A DNA stretch of 64,000 nucleotides, taken from NCBI GenBank assembly GCA_018396695.1, contig JAGTQU010000004.1, positions 12,357 to 76,356 on the forward strand. The letters run 5' to 3'. Below, piece after piece: positions 29,592 to 39,613 of the stretch; the first letter of the stretch is position 1, and every line of letters starts with the position of its first letter. Under the pieces are notes generated by a model. That model was not told where the DNA came from, made no database searches, and worked only from the letters and a program-made list of their open reading frames with translations. This stretch comes from Candidatus Bathyarchaeota archaeon. GTDB taxonomy: Archaea; Thermoproteota; Bathyarchaeia; TCS64. The position numbers and the translations under genes are program-made.

Positions 29592-31427
29592 TCAATGATC
29601 GGCTTCAGCGTATAAGTCTTCAACTTTCATCGTATCTTTAAACTGAGTTTCATAGAGTCTTCTATATAATCCTCCTGATTCAAGAAGCTCCTTATGCGTT
29701 CCTTTCTCAACGATCCTACCTTCATCGATCACTACTATCAAGTCAGCATTCATGACTGTAGAAAGCCTATGCGCTATCACTATAGAGGTCCGGTTTTTCA
29801 GAATCTTCTCTAACGCTTGCTTGATAATAAGCTCTGTATAAGCGTCTATGCTTGATGTAGCCTCATCCATTATTAATATCTTGGGATCTGCTATAAGCGC
29901 TCTTGCAAGTGTTATCAGCTGCCTCTGACCGAGGCTCAACCTGCTTCCCCTTTCCCCGACCTCAGTTTCGTAACCTTTAGGGAAAGAGGCTATGAAATCA
30001 TGTGCTCCAACGGCTTTTGCTACTGCGATGATTTCATCATCGGTTGCGTCAAGCCTGCCGTATTTGATATTCATCTTTACGGATCCAGTGAACAGGAACG
30101 GGTCTTGAAGAACTATAGCCATTTGGCTCCTTAGGCTCTCCAACTTGACATCTCTCAAATCATAGCCGTCAATTGTGATTCTTCCGCTGTCAGGGTCATA
30201 AAACCTATAGAGCAAGTTGATCATGGTCGTTTTTCCAGCGCCTGTGGGTCCTACTAAGGCGACTGTCTTCTTTGGCTCTATCATAAGATTGATCTCTTTA
30301 AGGACAGGTTGACCTTGTTCGTAGCTAAACGTCACATTCTCATAGGAGATCGCACCCTTTATCGGTGGAAGAGTAACGGCGTCAGTTTTCTCTTTAACCT
30401 CAATCTTAGAGTCGAGTAGAAGGAAGACTCTCTCAGCCGCAGCCATCGCCGACTGCACAGAGTTCCAGAACATACTTAGGTCTTGAATAGGCATAAAGAA
30501 CCTATTTATATACGCCATAAAGCCGAAAAGGATACCTATCGTTAAAGTTCCGGACATGACTGCTGATCCTCCGAACCATAGCACCAGGCTGTTCCCTATT
30601 GCTCCAAAGATGCCGACTGCAGGCCAGAAAGCAGACATCACTCTCCCAGCTTCTATGTTGGCTTGCATATTCGATACATTAGCTTTCTGAAACTCTTTTT
30701 GAGTCTCTCTCTCCTTTGAGAAGGCTTGAATTTCCTTTATACCGCTGACGCTCTCTTCTATCCTGGCAGAGACGCTGGCTATGGTTTTTCTCGTTTCTCG
30801 GTATACTTTTCTGACTCGTCGTCCCCAGAAATACATGAAAGCTACAACCATTGGGATGACGGTAAACGTTATGATTGAAAGCCAGAGGTTCATCAAGAGC
30901 ATAATAACGATTATGCCCGCTAAGGTTATTATATCGGCTAGTGCCGTGGTCACCCCCGAAGAAATTAACTCCGTGATCTTTTCCACATCATTCGTAACTC
31001 TAGAGACTATACTGCCGACCTCTTTGTCCGAATAATATCCAATTGATAGTCTCTGTAGGTGACGGAACATGTTCATTCGGATTTCATATTCCATTCTATG
31101 CCCAAGCCATTCTATTAGGTAATTCTGAAAGTATTGGGCTAGGAAGATCGAGAAGATTAGACCGATAAAAGCGATGCTCAATAGGCTTAGACCTTGAAGG
31201 TCAAAGGCTGAGATGTATCGATCAACCGCGATAGTGAATAGGACTGGTGGTAAAAGGTTAAGGCCTGTAGCTGCAATTAGTGTAGCTAACAACACAACGA
31301 TTTTACCTTTGAAATTTAGAGTGTATTTCATCAGTCGCTTAATTAGGACTGTATCCGAGATTCGTCTGCTATACTCTTCCTCTTCACTCATCAGTCTGTG
31401 AAAATGCCCGCCTCCACCCATTCCCAA
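29592..31427 (-). CDS. Heterodimeric ABC exporter subunit (TMD+NBD; TM288-like)
   Basis: GPTGAGKT, degenerate signature LSLGQ, canonical DEA Walker B and IAHR. Confidence 0.93.
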   Translation of the reverse strand: MGMGGGGHFHRLMSEEEEYSRRISDTVLIKRLMKYTLNFKGKIVVLLATLIAATGLNLLPPVLFTIAVDRYISAFDLQGLSLLSIAFIGLIFSIFLAQYFQNYLIEWLGHRMEYEIRMNMFRHLQRLSIGYYSDKEVGSIVSRVTNDVEKITELISSGVTTALADIITLAGIIVIMLLMNLWLSIITFTVIPMVVAFMYFWGRRVRKVYRETRKTIASVSARIEESVSGIKEIQAFSKERETQKEFQKANVSNMQANIEAGRVMSAFWPAVGIFGAIGNSLVLWFGGSAVMSGTLTIGILFGFMAYINRFFMPIQDLSMFWNSVQSAMAAAERVFLLLDSKIEVKEKTDAVTLPPIKGAISYENVTFSYEQGQPVLKEINLMIEPKKTVALVGPTGAGKTTMINLLYRFYDPDSGRITIDGYDLRDVKLESLRSQMAIVLQDPFLFTGSVKMNIKYGRLDATDDEIIAVAKAVGAHDFIASFPKGYETEVGERGSRLSLGQRQLITLARALIADPKILIMDEATSSIDAYTELIIKQALEKILKNRTSIVIAHRLSTVMNADLIVVIDEGRIVEKGTHKELLESGGLYRRLYETQFKDTMKVEDLYAEADH

Positions 31428-31429
31428 AG

Positions 31430-33328
31430 CTATGATGCCCTCCTACGCTCCTCTTTCACATTCGCTGCGAGTTGGGTTTGGTAGAGCCTATAGTATATAC
31501 CCTTCTTGGCGATGAGTTCTTCATGAGTGCCTTCTTCAACAATCTCTCCTTTGTCTAGAACCACGATATACTTCGCTTTGCGGATCGAAGAAAGTCTCTG
31601 CGTTATGATGAAGGTCGTCCTATTCACGAAAAGTTCTTCGAGGGCGGATTGGATCTCGTATTCTGTCTCCACATCGACGCTCGATGTTGAATCGTCAAGG
31701 ATCAAGATCTTGGGGTTCTTTAGTAGTACTCTCGCTATGGCGATCCTCTGTTTCTGCCCTCCTGAAAGAGTAACTCCTCTCTCACCTACCAAAGTATCAT
31801 AGCCTTTAGGAAGAGAAGCAATGAAATCGTGAATCTGTGCCCTTTTTGCGGCTGCTTCAATATCTTCTTGCCGAGCATTTTCAATTCCGTAAGCTATATT
31901 TTCTTTTATTGTCTTCGAGAAGATGAACGGGTCTTGTCTAACTGTGCCGATATGACGCCTCAAAGATTCCACTGCCACGTCTCTGATATCGATCCCGTCT
32001 ATTGTTATACTTCCATGAGTTACATCGTAAAATCTTGGGATGAGATTGATGATGGAGCTTTTACCTGAACCCGCCGCACCGAGGATGGCTACCGTGTCTC
32101 CTGGCTTAGCCTCCAAGTTAATATTTTTCAGCACCATGTTCTTTCCATCGTAGCTGAACCAGACATTTTTGAAGATGATTTTCCCCTCAACAGACTCTAG
32201 TTCTAATGCTCCCTCCTTGTCTTCAATGTCTTGTCTCGCATCCATGACTTCGAAGATGCGGTCTGCAGCAGCGGTTGCGCGTTGGAACATAGCTGTAATG
32301 AATCCTACCATCCTTACCGGTCCAGTTAACCGTGCAACGTAATAATAAAATGCGACTAGACTTCCTATTGTTAAAGCTCTGCTTATTACTTGACTTCCGC
32401 CATAAAGGATTATGAAGACTACACTTAGAGATGAGATAAAGGTGGCTAATGGTAGATAGAACGCTCTTTTTTTGACCGCTTCAATATTTATACTAAAATA
32501 TTTTTCACATTCTTTTCTGAACTTTTCCTCCTCATACCTTTCTCGAGCGAATCCTCTAACAACCCTTACTCCCATGAGATTTTCTTGAACTTCTGAAGTT
32601 AAGACTCCGAATTGGTTTCGAATCTTCGCAATGATTATTCCTATTTCCGATGCGAACTTGAATGTTGTGTAGAGTATCATAGGTAGGAAGATTAGTGTTA
32701 TTAATGTCAGTCTGACCTCTATGGAAAACATAGATAAGAACACTAAAGCGAACAGTAGGGTTGAAGCGATCACCTGGTTTAATCCGAAACCGAAGAACCT
32801 CTGTATTTCATCTACATCACCTGTAACCCTAGCCATCAGCTGTCCCGTTCGCTCACGATCGTAAAAGCTGAATGATTGCTCTAGTAGACTATTGTAGAGA
32901 TCATTTCTAATCTCGAAGGATCCTTTCTGCGAAACATATGCGAGCAGATACCTCTGAAGATAGTTCAGGACACCTATTAATGAGGCTACTGAAACTATAG
33001 CCACCGATAGAACCCCGAGGAGGGCGAAGGTTACATCTACCCTAAAGATTGAAGATAAAGAGTATGCTAATGGTGTGAATATGTTATAGATGAATGCCTC
33101 TAAACCCTCCACTTTAGGCACGCTTCCGCCCGATTTAACTGAACTGACAAGATCTATTACCCCTCCAATTATCGATGGGGAGATTATCTCAAGTAGTGTT
33201 GATATTATGATCAACCCAATCGTCACTTTAAGTTGCCAATAGGGTGTTATGTAGCCGAGGAGACGTTTTATGTTTCTAAAGGTCTTCCGCCAAGACATCT
33301 TAGGATTCCTCTTTTCAAGATCATCCAT
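31430..33328 (-). CDS. Heterodimeric ABC exporter subunit (TMD+NBD; TM287-like)
   Basis: GAAGSGKS, LSGGQ, degenerate Walker B LDDS and ITQR switch. Confidence 0.93.
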   Translation of the reverse strand: MDDLEKRNPKMSWRKTFRNIKRLLGYITPYWQLKVTIGLIIISTLLEIISPSIIGGVIDLVSSVKSGGSVPKVEGLEAFIYNIFTPLAYSLSSIFRVDVTFALLGVLSVAIVSVASLIGVLNYLQRYLLAYVSQKGSFEIRNDLYNSLLEQSFSFYDRERTGQLMARVTGDVDEIQRFFGFGLNQVIASTLLFALVFLSMFSIEVRLTLITLIFLPMILYTTFKFASEIGIIIAKIRNQFGVLTSEVQENLMGVRVVRGFARERYEEEKFRKECEKYFSINIEAVKKRAFYLPLATFISSLSVVFIILYGGSQVISRALTIGSLVAFYYYVARLTGPVRMVGFITAMFQRATAAADRIFEVMDARQDIEDKEGALELESVEGKIIFKNVWFSYDGKNMVLKNINLEAKPGDTVAILGAAGSGKSSIINLIPRFYDVTHGSITIDGIDIRDVAVESLRRHIGTVRQDPFIFSKTIKENIAYGIENARQEDIEAAAKRAQIHDFIASLPKGYDTLVGERGVTLSGGQKQRIAIARVLLKNPKILILDDSTSSVDVETEYEIQSALEELFVNRTTFIITQRLSSIRKAKYIVVLDKGEIVEEGTHEELIAKKGIYYRLYQTQLAANVKEERRRAS

Positions 33329-33938
33329 CTTTGACTCCCTCTACCGATGGATTCGGATGCAGTAGCTCGTCAAGATCTCTCAGAATTTTGATATATTCCT
33401 CATCTCGGATAATTTTGAGATGGGTGAGGAGCTTGACGGCTTCTATTTGGACCGGCTTCTCAAACTTGATAGCCCCTCTCTGCCGCTCTATAATTTCCTC
33501 TAAAGCTTTCTGTTCTCTTAAATGGTACTCGGCTAACAATTCGAGAACTTTTTCTTTATCTTCTGGCTTGACCTTTATTCCAAAGACTTCGATTGCTTCC
33601 ATTATTTTCTTATGGAGCTCCTTCTGCCAAGTGGAGAATTCTGTAGCTTCCAAACTATCCGAAAGCGAATACGAGATAAGGAACCTCTTGGCAGTGCTCC
33701 TGTAGTAGCTTTGCACGAGATTTCTCTTCTTCTCGACTCTAGTCTCTTCAACCAGTCCTGCATTTTGGAGGAGCTTAAGATGATGGATTATGCTTGAGTG
33801 GGGCTTTCTAAGGATCTTAGCCAAGTCTGCAGTTGAAAGTTCATGATGTCTAAGATTGTGCAGTATCTCACGTCTAGTTTCGTCAGCGAAAAGCTTCGCG
33901 ACTTCAGGGTCTTTAATTATGATTATATCGCGGCGCAA
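33321..33938 (-). CDS. ArsR-family HTH regulator heading the ABC exporter operon
   Basis: ETRREILHNL...LSTADLAKIL...IIHHLKLLQNAGLV; overlaps the exporter start. Confidence 0.85.
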   Translation of the reverse strand: MRRDIIIIKDPEVAKLFADETRREILHNLRHHELSTADLAKILRKPHSSIIHHLKLLQNAGLVEETRVEKKRNLVQSYYRSTAKRFLISYSLSDSLEATEFSTWQKELHKKIMEAIEVFGIKVKPEDKEKVLELLAEYHLREQKALEEIIERQRGAIKFEKPVQIEAVKLLTHLKIIRDEEYIKILRDLDELLHPNPSVEGVKDG

Positions 33939-34194
33939 GTTATTTAACAGAAAAATGTAACGCTACATAAAAATGTATCTATTTATGGATTCGATCTAGT
34001 ATAATTTTTCCCTTTCATTAGTTTTTCTTGGCTCATCTCGCGCAATCTTTCCAAAATTGAAGAGTATCAATGACCTGCATGCTACGTAATCTTTTAGAGG
34101 AAGCTATTTCAGATATTCTACTTCAAGTTTTTCGAATCATGTAGTCATCGTATTCGTTTTTTCATGTTCTAAAGTTCATAGTGAAGTCAAGAAA

Positions 34195-34466
34195 ATCTAT
34201 TCTCGTCCTTCATAGCGAACGTCTTGGTCGAAATGACGACCCCTCCGTCGGGAGCAGCTTCAGAGCCGAGGCGACGTGAGGGTGGCTTCCATAATCATTG
34301 GATGTATCCCAGTAATTTATCCCCAGCTCGTAGGCTTTCCTCAGATTCAGCCGCCCTCCTCAGCACGAATATGGGGGAAGGGATCCCCGAAATCGAATGG
34401 CCCAAACCCCAGCCTCGAAACCCTCAATCCTGTGACTTCGAGATCGACCTTGGGGACATCGATCAT
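34195..34466 (-). pseudogene. 5' remnant of an aldo/keto reductase gene
   Basis: MIDVPKVDLEVTGLRVSRLGFG..., TGA at 34349 plus frameshift, then LRKAYELGINYWDTSNDYGS, a second frameshift, then VVISTKT; the rest of the gene is absent. Confidence 0.8.
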
Positions 34467-34534
34467 CGTCTTTCCCTTATGATCGGTTTCTCCGAAATTG
34501 TTAGCCACATAATGCTTACCCTGTCTAGCGACAA

Positions 34535-35411
34535 TTAGATTTTTCGATTTTCTATACGTTTGCTCTTCATATCAACGTTATATAGAATATTTGAATCTAA
34601 AGTACTCTCTTTATTAGCATTATAAATAATACTGCCATCTCTTTCTCTTATTTTCTCTATGTAATTAATATCTTTAAGTCTCTTAAGATGTTTATAAACT
34701 GTATTTCTATGAAGGCCGGTCATTTTAATAAGCTCAGATTGTTTTATCGCATTTTCTATTGATAGAGCCTCAAGAATTTTCTTAGTGCTTCCGTTTTGGT
34801 TAAGGAGTTTGGATTTTAGTTCGTTAATATTTGGTTCGTTGGATTCTTTGTTTGGATAATATAAAACATGATTTTTCACTCGGAAGCTTTGTATATAGTT
34901 GTGAAGTTCAAGAGTTGCTAAATGGTATTGAGTTTGATTGGGGCTAAAACCATGGTTCCTCATGATTTGAGGGAGATATGCTCCAGGATTTAAGATTAAT
35001 GAATTCATAGATTTTTCTTCTAGTACGATTTTCTAGAATGTCTTTTCCATCAAGTTTTCCTCCGACTACGCTGATTATAATGATTAGTCGATATAGTACT
35101 CCATCTTTCTCTTCAATTACCTCGATCTTTAATTGTTCGTTTGTTTTAAATCTAAGATCGGCTCTGTTTATAATAATACTCCAATCAATTTCTGAGAACA
35201 GTAGCTCCTTAAAGTCAAATTCTGAAATGTTCCATGCGGAATCGTCTTCATCGATGCATCCTATGAATAAAATCTTTGAACCATTCAAGTTTGGATAATA
35301 TGGCGAGGATTGTGCCTCTAGAATCCCATAAGAGTTTACCTTGAAATTCAACGCCTCGGGTTCGATAAACATTTGAAATATGGGAGAAGTCATCAGAAAT
35401 AGAAAGACCAC
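34535..35411 (-). pseudogene. Membrane-anchored double winged-helix regulator (COG3398-like) split by a 1-nt frameshift
   Basis: ENRTRRKIYEFINL continues in another frame as NPGAYLPQIMR...second HTH GLHRNTVYKHLKRL; extra A in CTTAAATCCT (+ strand T-run 34989-34991). Confidence 0.78.
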
Positions 35412-35512
35412 GCCCAGAGTCTTACGCGCTTTTGATTCTTCCCCCTATAGAAATACCTTTGCACATGGATTGTACCAAAAATTTGATAATAAACTTTTTG
35501 TCAATTTTTTGC

Positions 35513-36106
35513 ATGATTCTAGTCAAGCAGCTAAGATCTATTGTAAAAAACGGAGTCTTGTTGTCACTTATAATACCTCTATTCGTAACAATGGCAATCT
35601 TCCAAACCTTCAGCCAAACCGCGCAGGAAAAAGAAGTGTCAGTACCATTCTTTTTGATTAAAGAATTAAAAGATCCTGCAATAGCTTTGAGCTACGGGAT
35701 CCGGGGCATTATCGAGGTCACAAGCCCAAATACACCGAGATACTTGAAAGTAGAACCAGGCAAAATAATTGAGATCCCTCTTGTACTCACTTTCATTAGC
35801 TATGACCATGAAATCAATAGCACTGAGGTACTTATCGATCCTCAGAACATTAGAGATTATACCATGGAAGTAGGCCTTGGCGAGGGCAGATTTATCGTGA
35901 TGAACAATTATGTAAAATATTCTATTAATGGGACAGTGATCCTAGAGGCGTCAAAGCCGCTTTCAATCACCATGACATGGAAGATACCTCAGGGTCTTTC
36001 ACAAAGACCTCAAGGTCTCCCACCAAGGAAGATCTATATTAGCATTATGGGAATATCTGCCAAAGTACCTATAATAGAGTCGATGGTGGTTTGTTTAGTT
36101 GTATAA
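35513..36106 (+). CDS. Secreted/membrane-anchored beta-rich hypothetical protein
   Basis: Basic n-region plus hydrophobic GVLLSLIIPLFVTMAIF, followed by a beta-strand-rich body; start uncertain (ATG 35513 preferred over 35432). Confidence 0.6.
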   Translation: MILVKQLRSIVKNGVLLSLIIPLFVTMAIFQTFSQTAQEKEVSVPFFLIKELKDPAIALSYGIRGIIEVTSPNTPRYLKVEPGKIIEIPLVLTFISYDHEINSTEVLIDPQNIRDYTMEVGLGEGRFIVMNNYVKYSINGTVILEASKPLSITMTWKIPQGLSQRPQGLPPRKIYISIMGISAKVPIIESMVVCLVV

Positions 36107-36974
36107 GAAAACCCGATTCTATTTAATTTTTATAGCCCATTTAATAACCTTCTCCACCCTACCATCTGTTTTAGCTGGCTAACCATATATGGGAGCCTAC
36201 TTTGACCAAAATAAAGCAACTACAACTCGTGTAATCTTCCACTGCGCATTCCCACTCACAGATGGAAACAACTTTGACTCAGGCAATTGGTTAGGAGGTG
36301 TTATAAGCGTAGCAGGCGGGGACGGCACGGCTCCAACTGGTTACTTCTACCAGAACAGTTTTGCTCTTATGGATAATGATGATGTCATTTGGGCACCCGT
36401 GTATTTGTACGGTTCTTCGGTTGAGGATTATGGGCCACAAGTGACAGTCGGTAACAGCGATTACATATTCTTTTTTTTGGGTCGGATAGACTATGATAGT
36501 GCAAACAACAGAATTCTATACCGATCATATGAATATGAAACTGATTACGATGTTGAACACGATATACCTACAATTCATTCCTGGTATCATAATATTCCAT
36601 CTAGCAATTATAACTTCATCGTCGGTAAGGAGAACTATAATAATAAGCTTTACAAGTATGTTCAAGTAGACGTTGAAGGAAATTATGTCATAGATGAGTG
36701 TTATTGGATGGTACAAAATGGTCATTTCTGTGCGTGGGTGTCTAACAATTGGTACTATTACGCTGGTAAATCAACTAGAGGTGTTAACGCGTATATAACT
36801 AGAATAGGTTCCACTGCCTACAAAGTAGGCGGAGCAACTTATACAGATTGCGACAAGTATAGTAGCGGTGCTGCAAGCGTCACATGGGAAAAAGATACCA
36901 CTTTGGCTGAAGGAACCTCTTTATGGACGGGCTCGGGCATAATTTATCCAACCGTTAATACCCCTTTCAACTAG
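36099..36974 (+). pseudogene. Secreted Tyr/Asn/Gly-rich beta protein interrupted by a TAA just after its signal peptide
   Basis: TTG 36099 with GGTGGT SD gives MYKKTRFYLIFIAHLITFSTLPSVLAG*PYMGAYF...; the stop at 36180-36182 is in frame with ORF 36189-36974. Confidence 0.72.
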
Positions 36975-37042
36975 ATGTTAAAATTTTCCATTCCTTTTTA
37001 AAATCAAATTTCTTATCGAATGTGTCATAAATCAAAATAGCT

Positions 37043-37501
37043 TCAAACGTTCACTTTTTCAGCTGCTGTCTTCATCGCCTTTGCTGACGTAGCCCGTGCA
37101 TCGGCAGTAGTTTCTCTTGAGGTATTACCTGATTTCCTCTTCCGTCGGCATGGGGTTCTCTTCGAGCAGAGCCTTAGCAGTGACTACGAAGCCTGAGGTG
37201 CAGAAGCCGCACTGCACCGCACCTCCTCCAGAAAGGCCTGCTGCAACGGGTCCAGCTTCTCCCACTGCGAGATGCCCTCTATCGTCACGATATCTTTTCC
37301 GGTCGCGTCCACTGTGAGCGTTAGACATGATAGAGCGGGCTCATTGTCCATGAGTACCGTGCAGGCTCCACACATCCCCGTCCCGCATCCGTAATTCGAG
37401 CCGGCCAGGTATATCTTGTCCCTGAGCATGTTGAGTAGCAGCTCGTTCGGCTCGACTTCGAGCCGCCTCCTGGAGCCGTTCATCTTGAGTTCAAACTGCA
37501 T
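37043..37501 (-). pseudogene. CoxS/XdhC-like 2Fe-2S subunit, disrupted
   Basis: GCGTGMCGACTV and ALSC; frameshift near 37240; QCGFCTSG; TAA at 37125-37127; then YLKRNYCRCTGY. Confidence 0.88.
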
Positions 37502-37505
37502 GCAC

Positions 37506-37983
37506 TCAGCCTCCCCTGGCTCTTTCGAAAACTATCTTTAGGGCGTCCCTTGTCAACGCCCTCGATGCTTGCCTCTTGTACTCCGCAGCTGCCCTGACGT
37601 CGTTAATAGGGTTGATGGATTCCGAGACAATTCGGGTTGCGCAGTCGATCTCCCTGCTCGTAAGGATCTTTCCCCTCAGGAATTCCTCGACCTTATGAAC
37701 CCTCCTGGGGGTTGGAGCGACAGACCCTAGCGCAATCGCGCAGTCCGTCACGAAGGAATCAGCCACATCAAGAACAACGGCTGCATTTATCGTTGAGACA
37801 TTCATGCTTGTCCTGCTTATCTTCAGGAAAGAGGGTCTGACGTCTCGCGGAAGATTGGGCACGGCGATGCCCAAAAGCAGCTCATTGGGCTCCAGGACCG
37901 TCTTTCCGGGGCTCTTGAAGAACTCCTCGAGGGGGCAATTCTTTTACCCCTGTGACTCACGATCTTGGCTCTGGCGCCGAGGG
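37506..37983 (-). pseudogene. 3' fragment of a CoxM/XdhB-like FAD-binding subunit
   Basis: LGARAKIVSHRGKRI, frameshift, then PLEEFFKSPGKTVLEPNELL...IALGSVAPTP...PINDVRAAAEYK. Confidence 0.85.
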
Positions 37984-38221
37984 TGACCTTGTGAACCAGG
38001 ATCTTTCTCGCCTTGATGTCGAAGATTTCGTTCAGGAGAATCCTCGTGTTGTGTATGGTCTGCGAGGTGCTCTAGAGGCTGACCCCACCATCAGGCTCTG
38101 GATTAACCAGCACCGACTTGTTCTCCAGCTGGTTGTGGTAGCGCCTGCTGGTCCTGAGCTCTCTCTCAACTACGACATTCGACTCCGCGAAGCCCCTTTC
38201 AACATTGCCCTCGAGCTGCAC
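37977..38221 (-). pseudogene. Internal fragment of a CoxL/XdhA-like molybdopterin subunit
   Basis: GNVERGFAESNVVVERELRTSRRYHNQLE...VSL*STSQTIHNTR...KVTLG; TAG at 38074 replaces a conserved Trp. Confidence 0.8.
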
Positions 38222-38222
38222 G

Positions 38223-38387
38223 CTGAAGGTAACAATCAAAGTAGGTGGAGTTGTGAAATGGTCCGGTGAATTAGGCGCGGGACAATCTTCTCTAACAATT
38301 ACTGCTAACGGTGCTGCAACGTATATCAGGGTACTTAACCAGAACGACGTATCGATCCACTATACATGTACAATTACTTTGATCTAA
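38223..38387 (+). pseudogene. Orphan 3' end of a beta-sandwich (probably secreted) protein gene
   Basis: LKVTIKVGGVVKWSGELGAGQSSLTITANGAATYIRVLNQNDVSIHYTCTITLI*; begins right at the GC-rich cox junction with no start of its own. Confidence 0.5.
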
Positions 38388-38859
38388 AACTGATTTTCTC
38401 CTTTTTATTTAAATATATTAGAAGGATAATTAATAGTATTTTCTAGTATAGTAATAGGTAAAAGAAAAATAAGAAAATTGTTATTCTTCATCATATTTCC
38501 TCGCCACGAACACTCGTGCTGGTCTTCCCACATTTTACGTCATTTTGTTTATAACTTTCCTATTCTGCATGACGAGGGCTTCAGTGCTAGTCGTCGTAGC
38601 CTTGCTCGTCGGTATAGCTGCTACAATAAGAGCGGCAAGAGAGGCATAGCCTGAACATAGCCTCCTATTCTTTCTTATTTTTTCTGTTCTCTGTCCTTAA
38701 CCACTCTACGGACTCCTGCAGCAAACTAATAGAATAGATAAAATAGAACTGGATCTATTATATTAATACCGAAATATTATTTCTCAAAATGCAGGATATT
38801 ATATTCCATTCAATATCTGACAATAAATCAATAAATTATAGAACTCTCCATTTATTTGG

Positions 38860-39450
38860 ATGAATGAAAATTTAAAGCAACAGTTTATGAACAAAATCCT
38901 AGAAAAGATCAAAACATGTATGGAATGTTCTCTCTGTGAAGGTCGATGCAAACCAGTCCTTGGAGAAGGAAATCTAAACTCGGAGTTAGTTTTTATAGGA
39001 GAAGCCCCTGGAAGAAAAGAAGACGAAGTCGGAAGACCATTTGTCGGATCCGCAGGGCAGTTATTAGACCGTTTATTATTTGGGATTGGGCTCAGTCGTA
39101 AGGCTGTCTATATCAGCAATGTTGTAAAATGCCGTCCACCTGATAATAGGCGTCCAACCATAGAAGAGATGGAAGCATGCACTCCCTTTCTAGAAGAACA
39201 GCTTGAGATCATTAAACCAAAGATTATCGTGGCTATGGGTAACTCTGCCATCTCCTTTTTCAGTAAAAAATTTGGATTTAAGGTCATTGGGATGTGGAGG
39301 ATCCATGGAAAAATCTTTCAAGTGGAAGCCCCATGGGGCAAAGTTATACTTTTTGCAACATTTCACCCGGCAGCGGCGCTGTATAATAAAGACTTAGAAA
39401 AAATCTTAGAAGACGACTTTAAAAAACTCTCAACCTTGCTTAAAAGTTAA
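38860..39450 (+). CDS. udg: Family 4 uracil-DNA glycosylase (4Fe-4S)
   Basis: CMECSLC, FIGEAPG, SNVVKCRPPDNR and TFHPAA motifs. Confidence 0.93.
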   Translation: MNENLKQQFMNKILEKIKTCMECSLCEGRCKPVLGEGNLNSELVFIGEAPGRKEDEVGRPFVGSAGQLLDRLLFGIGLSRKAVYISNVVKCRPPDNRRPTIEEMEACTPFLEEQLEIIKPKIIVAMGNSAISFFSKKFGFKVIGMWRIHGKIFQVEAPWGKVILFATFHPAAALYNKDLEKILEDDFKKLSTLLKS

Positions 39451-39613
39451 GTGAAGTTAGCTAACTTTTCCTGCTGCGCTAATTTTATTTGAAATATATA
39501 TAGCAGTATAGCTGCATACCATTCAAGACTATGAACATCATAGTTGATGCGATGAGCAGGTTTAATGTTAAAGACTTGATGAACTTGCTTAAATGAAAAA
39601 GGGTTCTTGATTA

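Noticed and set aside
29592-33328. Degenerate catalytic motifs in the ABC pair as a sign of inactivation or novelty
   Set aside because: One degenerate plus one consensus site is the established TM287/288-type asymmetric architecture.
38570-38650. 26-codon hydrophobic ORF MTRASVLVVVALLVGIAATIRAAREA
   Set aside because: Too short and without SD, promoter or homology support; it could be debris of the decaying patch.
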